64,000 bases of DNA. It comes from an uncultured Acidobacteriota bacterium (lineage in GTDB: Bacteria; Acidobacteriota; Polarisedimenticolia; J045). Below are positions 21,118 through 31,810 of this stretch, piece after piece; positions within the stretch are counted from its first letter, which is position 1, and each line of letters opens with the position of its first letter. A program made the position numbers and the translations under genes. The stretch spans positions 256,001-320,000 of the forward strand of contig CAVPCQ010000037.1 in NCBI GenBank assembly GCA_963702425.1, given 5' to 3'. The notes below the pieces were generated by a model. That model was not told the origin of the DNA. It saw only the letters and a program-made list of their open reading frames with translations, and made no database searches.

Positions 21118-23670
21118 GTGAGCAACGGAACGACGGGACTTCGGGCGCAGACGGCGCTGGCGCTGGTGCTGGTGGCCGCGCTCGTCGCGGCGGGGTGCGC
21201 CAGCAGCAACGCCTTCCGCAAGGGCGAGGCCTTCGCCGACAAGGAAATGTGGGACGAGGCGGTGCTTGCCTTCGCCAAGGCCACCGCGGAGGACCCGACG
21301 AGCTCGCGGAACCAGCTGGGGCTGATCCGGGCCAAGCTGCGCGCCTCGGCGGCGCACTTCGACCGCGGGCGGAAGTACCTGCAGGCGGGGCAGCTCGACC
21401 TGGCGGTCAAGGAACTGCAGGAGACCGTCATTCTCGACCCGACCAACGAGTACGCGCAGGTCGAGCTGAAGAAAGCGCTCGACCGCCTCGAGTTCAAGCG
21501 CACCCAGCCGTCCGAGTTCGACGGTGCGCAGGCGGAGGCGGAGCGGCGGGCGCAGGAGCTCGGGCCGCCCAAGCTCGACCCGGCATCGAACGTACCGCTC
21601 TCGCTGAAGTTCCCCGACCAGACGATCGGCGAGGTCTACGAGATCCTGTCCAAGACCTCCGGCATCAACTTCATTTTCGACGACAAGCTCGATCTCAAGA
21701 AGAAGATCAGCGTCGAGCTGGTGAACGTCCCCTTCGAGAAGGCGATGGACCAGCTCATGATGATGAACAAGCACTTCTACAAGGTCCTCGACGGGCACTC
21801 GGTCCTGATCGCCGAGGACAGCCGCCAGAAGCGCCAGGAGTACGAGGATCACGTCATCCGCACCTTCTACCTCTCCAACGCGGAGACCAAGGAGGTGCAG
21901 GGGATCCTGCGCTCGTTGCTGGAGATGCGGCGCGTCGCGGAGAGCCCCCAGCTCAACGCGATCACGATCAAGGACACGCCCGAGAAGATCAAGGTCGCCG
22001 AACGGATCATCCGGGCCAACGACAAGTCGCGCGGCGAAGTCGTCGTCGACTTCGAGCTGCTCGAAGTCAACCGCGACCGCAGTCGCGAGCTGGGGATCGA
22101 TCTCTCGTCGAAGACGATGGCCCTGGTCTTCGGGGACGGCAAGGCGCTGGTTCCGCTCAACAACCTCGGAATCCTGAACAACGCCGCCCTGTGGAGTCTC
22201 GGCCCGATTCCGTCGGTCCTCTTCAGCTTCCTCAAGTCGGACAGCGACACCAAGTTGATCGCCAAGCCGTCGGTCCGGATCCTGGAGGGTGAGGAGGGCA
22301 AGCTGACGATCGGCGACCGCGTCCCGATCCCGGCCACGACCTTCAACTCGTCCCAGACGATCGGCGGCAACATCGTGCCGATCACCTCGTACACCTACCA
22401 GAACGTCGGCATCATCATCGGCGTCAAGCCGCGCGTGCATCACAACAAGGAAGTTTCGCTCGAGATCAAGCTGGAGTTTTCGGCGGTCAAGGGCTCCGTG
22501 TCGACGGTCGGCGGGGGCGAACAGCCGATCATCGGCACCCGGACGGTCGAGACGAACCTGCGGCTGGGCGACGGCCAGACCAATCTGCTGGCCGGGCTGA
22601 TGCAGGACGTCGAGCGGTCCTCGCTGTCCGGTGTCGCGGGGCTCTCGGACATCCCGGTCCTCAACCAGATCTTCGGCAAGAACAAGGACGACACCAGCAC
22701 CACCGACCTGGTGATCTCGATCACCCCGCACATCGTTCGCGTTCCGAACATCGAAGCGATCGACCTCGTACCGCTGTGGGTCGGGACGGAGGAGCAGATC
22801 CAGCTGCGCGGGATCGCGCGCAACGCGCTGGGCGAGAGCCCGTTCGCGGACGGCTACAACCCGTGGGACCAGATCGAAAAGGAGCTCGGGGTCAACAAGG
22901 AAGTGGCGCCTCCGAAGCCGGCTGGCGCGGCCGCGGGCACGACGTCGAAGATGACCGCCCGCCCGGCGGCTGCCGGGACGGGCGGTACGGCAGCCGCGGC
23001 GGCGGGACGCGGGGCCGGGTCGCGCGCCGCGGGCGGCCCCACGCCGTCTCCCGCGCCGGCGCTTCCCGAACCCCCGCGCCGGCCGCGAGGCGCCGTCCCG
23101 TCGGGTCCGACGCCGCCGGTTCCCCCGAACGCGGAGCCGGCGCCGGTCGAAACGCCGGGGGACGAGGAGCCGGCGGACGAGCCGGACGACGGGACCGCCG
23201 CCGAGGAGCCCGGGACCGAACCCGAGAACGAGCCGCCCAAGCGGACGGCCGTCGCGCAACTCCGGCTGGCCCTGGCGCGCACGCAGGTCGCGCCCGGGGA
23301 CGCCGTTCCGGTCGACGTCGTGATCGCCGGGGCGGAGAACGTCGGCATGGTCAACTTCCAGCTCCGCTACGACAAGAAGGTCCTGCGCTTCGTGCCGCCG
23401 GCGATGCCCGGCGAATTCATGCAGCAGGGCGGCACGGCGTTCGACCTGCAGGCCGTGGAGGCCGCGGAGGGGGGGACGATCGTCGTCTCCGCCTCGCGCG
23501 GAGGAAGCGTCGGCGCGACCGGGACCGGTTCGCTGGTCCGGCTGAGCTTCATCGCGCTCGACCAGGGCAACGCCGGTTTCGGCTTCGCCGCCGCGCAGGT
23601 GCGCGGCCCCGACGCCCAGCCGATGCCGGCCTCGTTCCGGATCGCCAACCTGGATGTGAAGAAACCGTGA
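21118..23670 (+). CDS. gspD: Secretin GspD/PilQ lipoprotein with TPR N-terminus and C-terminal cohesin domain
   Basis: Lipobox AAGC, RTFYLSNA, IGDRVP, YQNVGI, LLAGL, LSDIPVL..IFG, ITPHIVR; Pro-rich linker, then cohesin-like beta sandwich (FQLRYDKKVL..GSLVRLSF). Confidence 0.92.
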   Translation: MSNGTTGLRAQTALALVLVAALVAAGCASSNAFRKGEAFADKEMWDEAVLAFAKATAEDPTSSRNQLGLIRAKLRASAAHFDRGRKYLQAGQLDLAVKELQETVILDPTNEYAQVELKKALDRLEFKRTQPSEFDGAQAEAERRAQELGPPKLDPASNVPLSLKFPDQTIGEVYEILSKTSGINFIFDDKLDLKKKISVELVNVPFEKAMDQLMMMNKHFYKVLDGHSVLIAEDSRQKRQEYEDHVIRTFYLSNAETKEVQGILRSLLEMRRVAESPQLNAITIKDTPEKIKVAERIIRANDKSRGEVVVDFELLEVNRDRSRELGIDLSSKTMALVFGDGKALVPLNNLGILNNAALWSLGPIPSVLFSFLKSDSDTKLIAKPSVRILEGEEGKLTIGDRVPIPATTFNSSQTIGGNIVPITSYTYQNVGIIIGVKPRVHHNKEVSLEIKLEFSAVKGSVSTVGGGEQPIIGTRTVETNLRLGDGQTNLLAGLMQDVERSSLSGVAGLSDIPVLNQIFGKNKDDTSTTDLVISITPHIVRVPNIEAIDLVPLWVGTEEQIQLRGIARNALGESPFADGYNPWDQIEKELGVNKEVAPPKPAGAAAGTTSKMTARPAAAGTGGTAAAAAGRGAGSRAAGGPTPSPAPALPEPPRRPRGAVPSGPTPPVPPNAEPAPVETPGDEEPADEPDDGTAAEEPGTEPENEPPKRTAVAQLRLALARTQVAPGDAVPVDVVIAGAENVGMVNFQLRYDKKVLRFVPPAMPGEFMQQGGTAFDLQAVEAAEGGTIVVSASRGGSVGATGTGSLVRLSFIALDQGNAGFGFAAAQVRGPDAQPMPASFRIANLDVKKP

Positions 23671-24143
23671 CCCTCCGCCGCACCATCGCGCACGACCGGG
23701 GCGTGACGCTCGTCGAGCTCTTCGTCGTGGTCTGCCTGCTCACCGCGATGGCGGGACTCGCCCTGCCCGTGGCGCACCGGCTCGAGCGCCGCGCGAAGGA
23801 GATCGAGCTCAAGCGCGACCTGCGCGAGATGCGGCGGGCGATCGACGCCTACCACTACGTCGTCCAGACCGTGCCGTCGGCGAAGAAGGACGCCACGGCG
23901 GAGGATTGGCCCGACGACCTGGACGTGCTCGTCGAAGGGATGGACCTGGGTCTCGCCAAGGAGCTGAAAGTCAAGTTCCTGCGTCGGATCCCGCGCGACC
24001 CGCTGACCGGGGAAGCGGAGTGGGGCAAGCGCTCGTCCAAGCAGGACGTGGACGACGAGATGTGGGACAGCCAGAACGTGTACGACGTCTTCTCGCTGGC
24101 CGAGGGGAAGGCACTCGACGGAACCGAGTACAAGTCGTGGTGA
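23667..24143 (+). CDS. Type II secretion pseudopilin (GspG-like)
   Basis: RG|VTLVEL prepilin cleavage motif; FLRRIPRDPLTG. Confidence 0.88.
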   Translation: MTLRRTIAHDRGVTLVELFVVVCLLTAMAGLALPVAHRLERRAKEIELKRDLREMRRAIDAYHYVVQTVPSAKKDATAEDWPDDLDVLVEGMDLGLAKELKVKFLRRIPRDPLTGEAEWGKRSSKQDVDDEMWDSQNVYDVFSLAEGKALDGTEYKSW

Positions 24144-24154
24144 CGGGAGGAACG

Positions 24155-24544
24155 ATGCGACGACAGCGCGGTTTCACGCTGATCGAACTGCTGGTCGTCG
24201 TGGCGATCATCGGACTGCTCGTCGGAGTCGCCCTGCCGACCTACCGCAACGCCCAGACCAAGGCGAAGGAGGCCGTGTTGAAGCAGAACCTCTACCTCCT
24301 GCGCCAGACGATCGACCAGTACTTCGCCGACAAGGGCTACTACCCGGCCAGCGTCTCGGCCCTGACCGAGGAGGGCTACTTGCGCAAGATGCCGATCGAT
24401 CCCATGACCGGGGACTCGGACTGGGAGGAGGTTCCGGCCGATCCCGAGACCAGCCTCGATCCGACCCAGCCCGCGGGGGTCTGGGACGTGCGCAGCCGCG
24501 CGTCCGGGACCACACTGAACGGCGCCAGTTACAGCGACCTTTGA
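24155..24544 (+). CDS. gspG: Type II secretion major pseudopilin (GspG-like)
   Basis: RG|FTLIELL; IDQYFADKGYYP; YLRKMPIDPMTG. Confidence 0.9.
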   Translation: MRRQRGFTLIELLVVVAIIGLLVGVALPTYRNAQTKAKEAVLKQNLYLLRQTIDQYFADKGYYPASVSALTEEGYLRKMPIDPMTGDSDWEEVPADPETSLDPTQPAGVWDVRSRASGTTLNGASYSDL

Positions 24545-24579
24545 CTCAATACGCCGCGATCCGCGGCAGGGTGACGACC

Positions 24580-25632
24580 ATGAATGTCCCAGCGAAGACG
24601 ATCCTGCTCCCGGCGCTGCTGTTGCTCCTTCTCCTGTTCGCGGTGTCGTGCGACGACTCCGAGCCGGTCGCCCAGTCCGACTGGGTGATCGAGGTGACGG
24701 CGAGCCCGGCGTCGCTCAATCTGGACGCTCCGGACAAGCCGGCCGACTCGGTGATCAGCGCGGTGGTCTTCGACAAGAACGGGCAGCCGCAGTCCGGCAT
24801 CGGCGTCCGCTTCTCGTCCAGCAGCGGGACGATGGCCAGCAACGGGAACCTGATCAAGACCAACGGGCGCGGCGAGGCGCAGGACATCCTCACGACGAAC
24901 GCCGACGCCAAGGTGCGGGTCAAGAGCGGCTCCGCCGAGGGGACCGTCGACGTCAAGGTGACGTCGACCAACGAAAAGCCGACCGCCGTGATCTCGATCC
25001 AGCCGCGCACCCAGGCGCCGATCGGCTCGCAGGTGACGTTCAGCGGGGCTTCGAGCGAGGACCTGGATGGCGAGATCGTCCAGTACCGCTGGAGCATCGC
25101 TTCGACGAACCCCGACAACGGGGTGGCCAATCCGGACAACGAGTCGACCAGCGCAACGACGATCATCCGGACCTACAACAAGCCGCAGGACCTGACGATC
25201 GCGCTGACGACGGTCGACAACAAGGGTGCGACCTCCTCGACCTCGGCCGACTACTCCGTGCTGGACAATCTGCCGCCGACGGTCGACGCCGGTCCGCCGC
25301 AGGTCGGAATCATCGGCTCGGGCGGCGGTTACACCTGCTCGATCACGCTCTGCCCGGTGGCGAGCGATCCGGACGGCCAGGTCACTGCGCTGCAGTTCAG
25401 CTGGGGCGATTCCGACACCCCGGTGCTCCCGGTCGGCTGCCAGAACCACACCTATCTCCGCCCCAGCCCGACGCTGGCGGACTACAAGGTCGTGGTGGTC
25501 GCCTACGACAACGGCGACCGCATCACGCCGGCCTGCCAGGCGCCGCCGCCGCCCGGCGGATTCGACCCCTGCACCTCGCGCAAGACGGCGACCGACTCGA
25601 CGGTCGTGACCTGCTCCGCCACGGCGCGCTGA
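24580..25632 (+). CDS. Lipoprotein with invasin/Big_1 Ig-like and PKD-like domains
   Basis: Lipobox FAVSC; DKNGQP..VRFSS..TNGRGEA (Big_1); VTFSGASSEDLDGEIVQYRW and SDPDG..FSWGD (PKD); Cys-rich C-terminus. Confidence 0.72.
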   Translation: MNVPAKTILLPALLLLLLLFAVSCDDSEPVAQSDWVIEVTASPASLNLDAPDKPADSVISAVVFDKNGQPQSGIGVRFSSSSGTMASNGNLIKTNGRGEAQDILTTNADAKVRVKSGSAEGTVDVKVTSTNEKPTAVISIQPRTQAPIGSQVTFSGASSEDLDGEIVQYRWSIASTNPDNGVANPDNESTSATTIIRTYNKPQDLTIALTTVDNKGATSSTSADYSVLDNLPPTVDAGPPQVGIIGSGGGYTCSITLCPVASDPDGQVTALQFSWGDSDTPVLPVGCQNHTYLRPSPTLADYKVVVVAYDNGDRITPACQAPPPPGGFDPCTSRKTATDSTVVTCSATAR

Positions 25633-25645
25633 CCGGAGCGGACCG

Positions 25646-26431
25646 ATGCCCGCCCGCCGCTGCCGCGTCCGTTCCGCCTCGCCGCCCCGCGGGGAGCGCG
25701 GGATGCTGCTGCTGGGCCTGATGACGATGCTCGTCGTCATGTCGATCCTCGCCGGGATGGCGATGCAGGAGTGGTCGGTGGTCGAGCAGCGGGAGCGCGA
25801 AGCCGACCTGATCTTCATCCAGGAGCAGTTCGCGGCCGGGATCATGGCCTATCAGCAGGACCAGGGAGCCGCGCCGGCGGAACTCGAGCAGCTGACGCGG
25901 AAGGGCCAGAAGGGTCAGGTCTTCCTGCGCAAGAAGTGGACCGACCCGATGATCCGCGGCTCGAAGTTCGAAGACTGGTGCCTGCTCAAGGTCGGGGCCG
26001 CGGGCCGCGTCGTCTCGACCTGCTCGGCGGAGGGGGCCGGGGAAGGGGCCGGCAAGAACCAGCCGGGCGAACTCGGGCTGGGCTCGAGCGCGGGCTTCCG
26101 GGTCGGCGAGCAGGCCACGACCGCGAACCCGCGCCGCCAGCCGCAGGGGACCGCACCGGGCGGCATCGGGATCGTCGGAGTGCACTCGAAGAGCAAGAAG
26201 AAGGCGTTCAACACCGTCAAGCGCGGCGAGGACACGTACGACCGCTGGGAGTACACGATCGAGGACTACCGCAAGGAAGTCGGCGCGCGGATGATCCCCG
26301 GCCTGCCCGGCGGCCAGGGGCCGGGAACCGGCGGGCAGGGGGGCAAGCAGCCGGGGCAGACGCCATCTCCCGTAAGCGGCTCCTTGAGCGGTACGTCGGG
26401 CACGGGGGGCAAGGGCGGATCGCGCCGCTAG
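25646..26431 (+). CDS. Minor pseudopilin lacking Glu+5, with Gly-rich tail
   Basis: ERG|MLLLGL hydrophobic helix; REREADLIF; FLRKKWTDPM; IVGVHS. Confidence 0.78.
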   Translation: MPARRCRVRSASPPRGERGMLLLGLMTMLVVMSILAGMAMQEWSVVEQREREADLIFIQEQFAAGIMAYQQDQGAAPAELEQLTRKGQKGQVFLRKKWTDPMIRGSKFEDWCLLKVGAAGRVVSTCSAEGAGEGAGKNQPGELGLGSSAGFRVGEQATTANPRRQPQGTAPGGIGIVGVHSKSKKKAFNTVKRGEDTYDRWEYTIEDYRKEVGARMIPGLPGGQGPGTGGQGGKQPGQTPSPVSGSLSGTSGTGGKGGSRR

Positions 26432-26462
26432 TCCCGCGTTCCCGCGGGCGGGGTTCCATCGC

Positions 26463-26490
26463 TTGACCGCGTCGGGCAGCGTGGGATACT
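26463..26490 (+). promoter_or_regulatory. Putative sigma70 promoter upstream of the M16 peptidase
   Basis: TTGACC (26463), 16 nt spacer, TGgGATACT. Confidence 0.45.
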
Positions 26491-26518
26491 CCACGCCCTT
26501 TCCCGGGGGCCGAACGTC

Positions 26519-27775
26519 ATGCTCGAGCGCGAGATCCTCCCTGACGGCCTGACCCTCCTCTTCGAGGACGTGCCGGGGGTGCGCTCGGTGTCGATCGGGG
26601 TCTGGCTCCGCATGGGGAGCTGCCACGAGCCCGAGCGGCTCTCCGGGATCTGCCACTTCATCGAGCACCTCCTCTTCAAGGGGACGGCGACCCGCTCGGC
26701 GCGCGACATCAACCTGCTCACCGACCGGATGGGCGGCAACGTCGACGCCTTCACCTCCAAGGAAGAGACCTGCTTCTACGCGCGGGTGCTCGACGACCAC
26801 CTGCCGCTGGCAGTCGACCTCCTGGCCGACATCGTGCGCGCCCCGCGTTTCGACGCGGAGGAGATGGAGCGCGAGCGGAAGGTGATCCTGGAGGAGATCC
26901 GGATGGTCCTCGATTCGCCGGAGGAGCGGATCTACGACCTCTTCTGCGAGGCCTTCTGGCCGCATCACCCGCTGGGCCGGCCGATCCAGGGCACGTCCGG
27001 AACGGTCGCCGCGATGAGCCGCCGCACGGTCCAGAACTGGTTCCGGAAGGCCTACGTGCCGGGCAACATCCTCGTCGCCGCCGCCGGCAACCTGCGGCCC
27101 GAGGCGCGCTCGCTGATCCGCGCGGCCTTCGCCGGCCTGCCCGCCGGGAATCGTCCGCTGACCGGCCGCAGCCCGCGCTGGAAGCCGGGGGTGCGGGTCG
27201 AGCACCGGCGCGAGATGGAGCAGCTCCACCTCCTCGCCGGGCTCCCGGCGCTGCCGTCGGGTCACCCCGAGCGGTTCGCGCTGCACCTCCTCAACACGAT
27301 CCTGGGCGGGAGCATTTCGTCGCGGCTGTTCCGGCGGATCCGGGAGGAGCGGGGGCTGGCCTACTCGGTCTCCTCGCAGGTCCACACCCACCGCGACGCC
27401 GGACTGCTCACCATCTATGCCGGCACCTCGACCGAGAACGCGCGCGAGGTCCTGCAGCTGGCGCTCGGCGAGCTGCGCGACCTGGCGCAGCGCGCCCCGT
27501 CGCACGAGGAGCTGGACGTCGCGCGCGACCACCTCAAGGGAAACCTGCTGCTGGCGCTCGAATCGACTTCCAGCCGGATGAGCCGCGCCGCGCGCGAGGA
27601 GATCGTGCTCGGCCGCTCGGTCGACAACGAGGAGATCGTGGCCGAGCTCGACAAGGTGGACCCGGACGCGGTGCAGCGGCTCGCGGAGCGGATCGTGGCC
27701 GGGGCGAGGCCGGCGCTCGCGGCGGTCGGCCGGGCGACGCGGCTGAGGCTCCGCGAGGAGGACCTGGCCGCGTGA
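26519..27775 (+). CDS. M16 (pitrilysin family) zinc peptidase
   Basis: HFIEH inverted zinc motif, [23 protein letters not shown]. Confidence 0.93.
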   Translation: MLEREILPDGLTLLFEDVPGVRSVSIGVWLRMGSCHEPERLSGICHFIEHLLFKGTATRSARDINLLTDRMGGNVDAFTSKEETCFYARVLDDHLPLAVDLLADIVRAPRFDAEEMERERKVILEEIRMVLDSPEERIYDLFCEAFWPHHPLGRPIQGTSGTVAAMSRRTVQNWFRKAYVPGNILVAAAGNLRPEARSLIRAAFAGLPAGNRPLTGRSPRWKPGVRVEHRREMEQLHLLAGLPALPSGHPERFALHLLNTILGGSISSRLFRRIREERGLAYSVSSQVHTHRDAGLLTIYAGTSTENAREVLQLALGELRDLAQRAPSHEELDVARDHLKGNLLLALESTSSRMSRAAREEIVLGRSVDNEEIVAELDKVDPDAVQRLAERIVAGARPALAAVGRATRLRLREEDLAA

Positions 27776-28227
27776 TCCCGACGGTGCGCGTGCGCGTCAA
27801 GCGGCTGCCGCACGGCGCGGGGCTGCCGCTGCCCGCCTACGCCACCCCGGGGGCCGCGGGGATGGACCTGCGCGCGGCGGTCGACGCGCCGCTGGTGCTG
27901 CCGCCCGGGGGGAGGGTCGTCGTTCCGACCGGCCTCGTGGTGGAGATCCCGCCCGGCTTCGAAGGCCAGGTCCGGGCCCGCAGCGGCGTCGCGCTCTCGG
28001 CCGGCGTCGGTCTCCCCAACGCCCCCGGTACGATCGACAGCGATTACCGCGGAGAATTGGGCGTGCTGCTGGTCAACTGGGGCGACGCTCCGTTCACGGT
28101 CGCGCGCGGCGACCGGATTGCGCAGTTCGTCGTGAGCCCCGTGGTTCGCGCGGAGCTCGAGCCTGCGGACGACCTCGGGGAGACGGCGCGCGACGGCGGC
28201 GGCTTCGGCCACACCGGAACCGACTGA
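27772..28227 (+). CDS. dut: dUTP diphosphatase
   Basis: [35 protein letters not shown]. Confidence 0.97.
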   Translation: MIPTVRVRVKRLPHGAGLPLPAYATPGAAGMDLRAAVDAPLVLPPGGRVVVPTGLVVEIPPGFEGQVRARSGVALSAGVGLPNAPGTIDSDYRGELGVLLVNWGDAPFTVARGDRIAQFVVSPVVRAELEPADDLGETARDGGGFGHTGTD

Positions 28228-29003
28228 TGGTCGAGCTCGTCGTCCTGGCCTCCGGCTCACGCGGCAACTGCACGCTGGTGCGGGCGGGACGGACGGCGGT
28301 GCTGATCGACGCCGGCCTGAGCGCGAAGCAGATCGTCGAGCGGCTCACGGCGGTCGGACAGGATCCGCGCGGCCTGGCCGCGATCCTGCTGACCCACGAG
28401 CACGTCGACCACACCCGCGGCGTCGCCGTCCTGGCCCGCCGTTTCGCCGTGCCCGTCCTCGCCAACGCCGCGACCTACGAGGCCGCCGAGGTCCAGCTGC
28501 GGGACATTCCGGCGGCAGAGTTCTTCGTCACCGGGACGCGCTTCGACGTCGGGGCGCTCGCCGTGACCCCCTTCGCCGTGCCGCACGACGCGGCCGAGCC
28601 GGTCGGCTTCGTGCTCGAGAGCGAAGGGGTGCGGATCGGCTACGCGACCGACCTGGGACACGTGACGCGGCTGGTCGCGGCGCGGCTCTCCGGCTGCCAG
28701 GCGCTGGTCTTCGAGGCCAACCACGACCTCGAGATGCTGATGAGCGGGCCCTACCCCTGGGCGACCAAGCAGCGCGTGGCGTCGCGCACCGGGCACCTGT
28801 CGAACGAGCATGCCGCCGAGTTCCTGCCCGAGGCGGTCTCCGAGGAGACCGTGCACCTGGTGCTCGCGCACCTCTCGGAGACCAACAACGATCCCGCCCT
28901 GGCGCGCGCGACGGTCGAGACCGCGCTCGCCGCCGCGGGGCGCACGCGCGCGTCCGTGACCACCGCGCGGCAGGATCGTCCGGCCGCCGCGGTGCGCCTG
29001 TGA
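28227..29003 (+). CDS. MBL-fold metallo-hydrolase (YycJ/WalJ-like)
   Basis: LASGSRGN, THEHVDH, HDAAEP, TDLG, GHLSNE, LAHLSE.NN. Confidence 0.9.
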   Translation: MVELVVLASGSRGNCTLVRAGRTAVLIDAGLSAKQIVERLTAVGQDPRGLAAILLTHEHVDHTRGVAVLARRFAVPVLANAATYEAAEVQLRDIPAAEFFVTGTRFDVGALAVTPFAVPHDAAEPVGFVLESEGVRIGYATDLGHVTRLVAARLSGCQALVFEANHDLEMLMSGPYPWATKQRVASRTGHLSNEHAAEFLPEAVSEETVHLVLAHLSETNNDPALARATVETALAAAGRTRASVTTARQDRPAAAVRL

Positions 29004-29019
29004 CCCGCCGGAGGCGACG

Positions 29020-30318
29020 ATGATCCCCCGCTACACCCGCGAGAAGATGGGCCGCCTGTTCACCGACGAGGCGCGGTTGGGCCTCTGGCTGCAGGTCGAG
29101 CTGGCCGCGACCGAGGTGCTCGTCGAGCGCGGCGAGGTGCCCCGCGCGGCCTACGAGAAGATCCGAAAGAAGGCCGCGGTCGACGTGGCCCGAGCGCTCG
29201 AGATCGAGAAGACCACGCAGCACGACGTGATCGCGTTCGTCACCTCGGTGGCGGAGAAGATCGGGCCGGAGGGGCGCTACCTCCACCTCGGGCTGACTTC
29301 GTCCGACGTGCTCGACACCGCGCTGGCGCTGCAGATCATGGCCGCGATCGACGTGCTCTTCGACGATCTCGGCGAGCTGATGGCCGCGGTCAAGGCCCGG
29401 GCCGAGGAGCACCGCGACCTGCCGATGGTGGGCCGGACGCACGGCGTCCACGCCGAGCCGATCACGCTCGGGTTCAAGCTCGCCTCCTGGTACGCCGAGC
29501 TGGCGCGCGACCGGGAGCGGCTGGTGCGGGCCCGCGAGAACGTGCGCTACGGCAAGCTGTCGGGCGCGGTCGGCACGTTCGGGCAGCTGCCGCCGGAGGT
29601 CGAAAAGGCGGTGATGGCCAAGCTCGGGCTGAAGTGCGAGCCGGTGGCGACGCAGGTCGTTCCGCGCGACCGCCACGCCGAGGTCCTGCTCGCGCTGGCC
29701 CTGCTCGCCGCCGCGCTGGAGCGGATCGCGACCGAGATCCGCCACCTGCAGCGCACCGAGGTGCGCGAGGTGGAGGAGCCGTTCGCGAAGGGGCAGAAGG
29801 GTTCGTCCGCGATGCCGCACAAGCGCAACCCGATCGCCTGCGAGAACGTCAGCGGGCTGGCGCGGGTGGTTCGCAGCAACGCTCTGGCAGCGCTCTCGGA
29901 CGTCGCGCTCTGGCACGAGCGGGACATCTCGCACTCCTCGGTGGAGCGGGTGATCGTGCCCGACTCGTTCATCCTGCTCGACACCATGCTGGGGCGGATG
30001 ACGCGCGTGGTGTCGGGCCTGCTGGTCTATCCGGAAGCGATGCGGGAGAACCTCGAGCGCTCGGGCGGGATGGTCTTCAGCCAGACCCTGCTGCTGGCGC
30101 TGGTCGAGACCGGCCTGACGCGCGAAGCGGCCTACACGCTGGTCCAGGAGAACGCGATGAAGGTCTGGGCGAAGGAGTTCCCGGACCTCCGCACGGCCTG
30201 CCTGGCGGACCGGCGCGTGGTCGAACGGCTGGGCGAGCAGGGGATCCGCGCGGCGTTCGACCTGAAACGCCTGCTCAAGCACGTTCCTGCCGTCGTCCGC
30301 CGCGCCCTGAAGGCGTAG
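29020..30318 (+). CDS. purB: Adenylosuccinate lyase
   Basis: HDVIAF, GRTHGVHAEP, GSSAMPHKRNP, HERDISHSS. Confidence 0.97.
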   Translation: MIPRYTREKMGRLFTDEARLGLWLQVELAATEVLVERGEVPRAAYEKIRKKAAVDVARALEIEKTTQHDVIAFVTSVAEKIGPEGRYLHLGLTSSDVLDTALALQIMAAIDVLFDDLGELMAAVKARAEEHRDLPMVGRTHGVHAEPITLGFKLASWYAELARDRERLVRARENVRYGKLSGAVGTFGQLPPEVEKAVMAKLGLKCEPVATQVVPRDRHAEVLLALALLAAALERIATEIRHLQRTEVREVEEPFAKGQKGSSAMPHKRNPIACENVSGLARVVRSNALAALSDVALWHERDISHSSVERVIVPDSFILLDTMLGRMTRVVSGLLVYPEAMRENLERSGGMVFSQTLLLALVETGLTREAAYTLVQENAMKVWAKEFPDLRTACLADRRVVERLGEQGIRAAFDLKRLLKHVPAVVRRALKA

Positions 30319-30378
30319 GCGCCGGCTTCCATGCCGGCCCGGGACGCACGGCACCCCGTGGGCGGTAGAATGCGCGCG

Positions 30379-31779
30379 ATGGCCGACCTCCTCGAGAAGT
30401 GCGGCGTAGCCGCGGTGCACGGACACGCGGAGGCGGCGAACCTCGTCTACCTGGCGCTCTACGCGCTGCAGCACCGCGGGCAGGAGGCCGCCGGCATCGT
30501 GGCCTCGGACGGCGCCGAGCTGCGCCGCTTCGCGGGCCGCGGCCACGTCGCCGACGTCTTCACGCCCGACCGGCTGGCGCAGCTTCCGGGGTCGATGGCG
30601 ATCGGCCACAACCGCTACGCGACCGCCGGCGGCGCGGGGATCGAGAATGTCCAGCCGCTGCTGATGCAGACCAAGCGCGGCCCGCTCGCGCTGGCTCACA
30701 ACGGCAACCTCGTCAACGCGGTCAGCCTGCGCCGGACGCTCGAACTGGAGGGGGCCGTCTTCCACTCCAGCTCGGACACCGAGGTGATCCTGCAGCTGGC
30801 CGCCCGGTCGGGGAAGCAGGAGCTGCCGGCGGCGCTGGTCGAGGCGCTGTCGATCGTGCGTGGCGCCTACTGCCTGGTCGTGTCCGAGCGGGGGCGGGTG
30901 ATCGCGGTGCGCGACCCCCAGGGCTTCCGCCCGCTCTCGCTCGGGCGGCTCCCGGACGGGGCGCCGGTCGTCGCCTCGGAGAGCTGCGCCTTCGACCTGA
31001 TCGGTGCGCAGTTCGAGCGCGACGTCGCCCCCGGCGAGATGCTCGTTTTCGGGCCCGGGCGCGAGGAGCGCTCCAGCGCGCCGCTCCCGCGCGCCGAGCC
31101 GACCCCCTGCATCTTCGAGTACGTCTACTTCGCGCGCCCCGACAGCCAGGTCTTCGGGCGCCCGGTGAGCGAGGTCCGGCGCGGGCTCGGCGAGCAGCTG
31201 GCGGCGGAACATCCGGCCGACGCCGAACTCGTCGTGCCGGTTCCCGACAGCGGCGTCCCGGCGGCGATCGGGTTCGCGCGCGCCTCCGGGTTGCCGTTCG
31301 ATTTCGGGCTGACGCGCAACCACTACGTCGGCCGGACCTTCATCGAGCCCGCGCAGGCGATCCGACACTTCGGGGTCAAGGTGAAGCTGAACCCGGTGCG
31401 CGAGCTGATCGCCGGGCGCCGGATCGTGCTGGTCGACGACAGCCTGGTGCGTGGCACGACGATGGCGAAGATCGTCCAGCTCGTGCGGCAGGCCGGCGCG
31501 CGCGAGGTTCACGTCCGGATCTCGTGCCCGCCGACGATCTCGCCCTGCTTCTACGGGATCGACACGCCGACCGAAGAGGAACTGATCGCCGCGCAGCTGT
31601 CGGTACCCGAGATCCGGATGACGATCGGCGCCGACTCGCTGGGCTATCTTTCGCTGGCGGGGATGCACCGCGCGGTACGCGCGACGGTCGGGGACTTCTG
31701 CGCCGCCTGCTTCACCGGCGACTACCCGATGCCGGTGACCGACCGGGTGGCGCTCAGCGAGGAGCGCCGCCGGCGCTAG
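30379..31779 (+). CDS. purF: Amidophosphoribosyltransferase (Fe-S, propeptide type)
   Basis: KC-G N-terminus, LQHRGQE, HNGN, CIFEYVYFARPDS, VDDSLVRGTT, CFYGID, CAAC. Confidence 0.96.
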   Translation: MADLLEKCGVAAVHGHAEAANLVYLALYALQHRGQEAAGIVASDGAELRRFAGRGHVADVFTPDRLAQLPGSMAIGHNRYATAGGAGIENVQPLLMQTKRGPLALAHNGNLVNAVSLRRTLELEGAVFHSSSDTEVILQLAARSGKQELPAALVEALSIVRGAYCLVVSERGRVIAVRDPQGFRPLSLGRLPDGAPVVASESCAFDLIGAQFERDVAPGEMLVFGPGREERSSAPLPRAEPTPCIFEYVYFARPDSQVFGRPVSEVRRGLGEQLAAEHPADAELVVPVPDSGVPAAIGFARASGLPFDFGLTRNHYVGRTFIEPAQAIRHFGVKVKLNPVRELIAGRRIVLVDDSLVRGTTMAKIVQLVRQAGAREVHVRISCPPTISPCFYGIDTPTEEELIAAQLSVPEIRMTIGADSLGYLSLAGMHRAVRATVGDFCAACFTGDYPMPVTDRVALSEERRRR

Positions 31780-31810
31780 GGAGTGACGGGCAGCGCCCGG
31801 AGGGACGACC

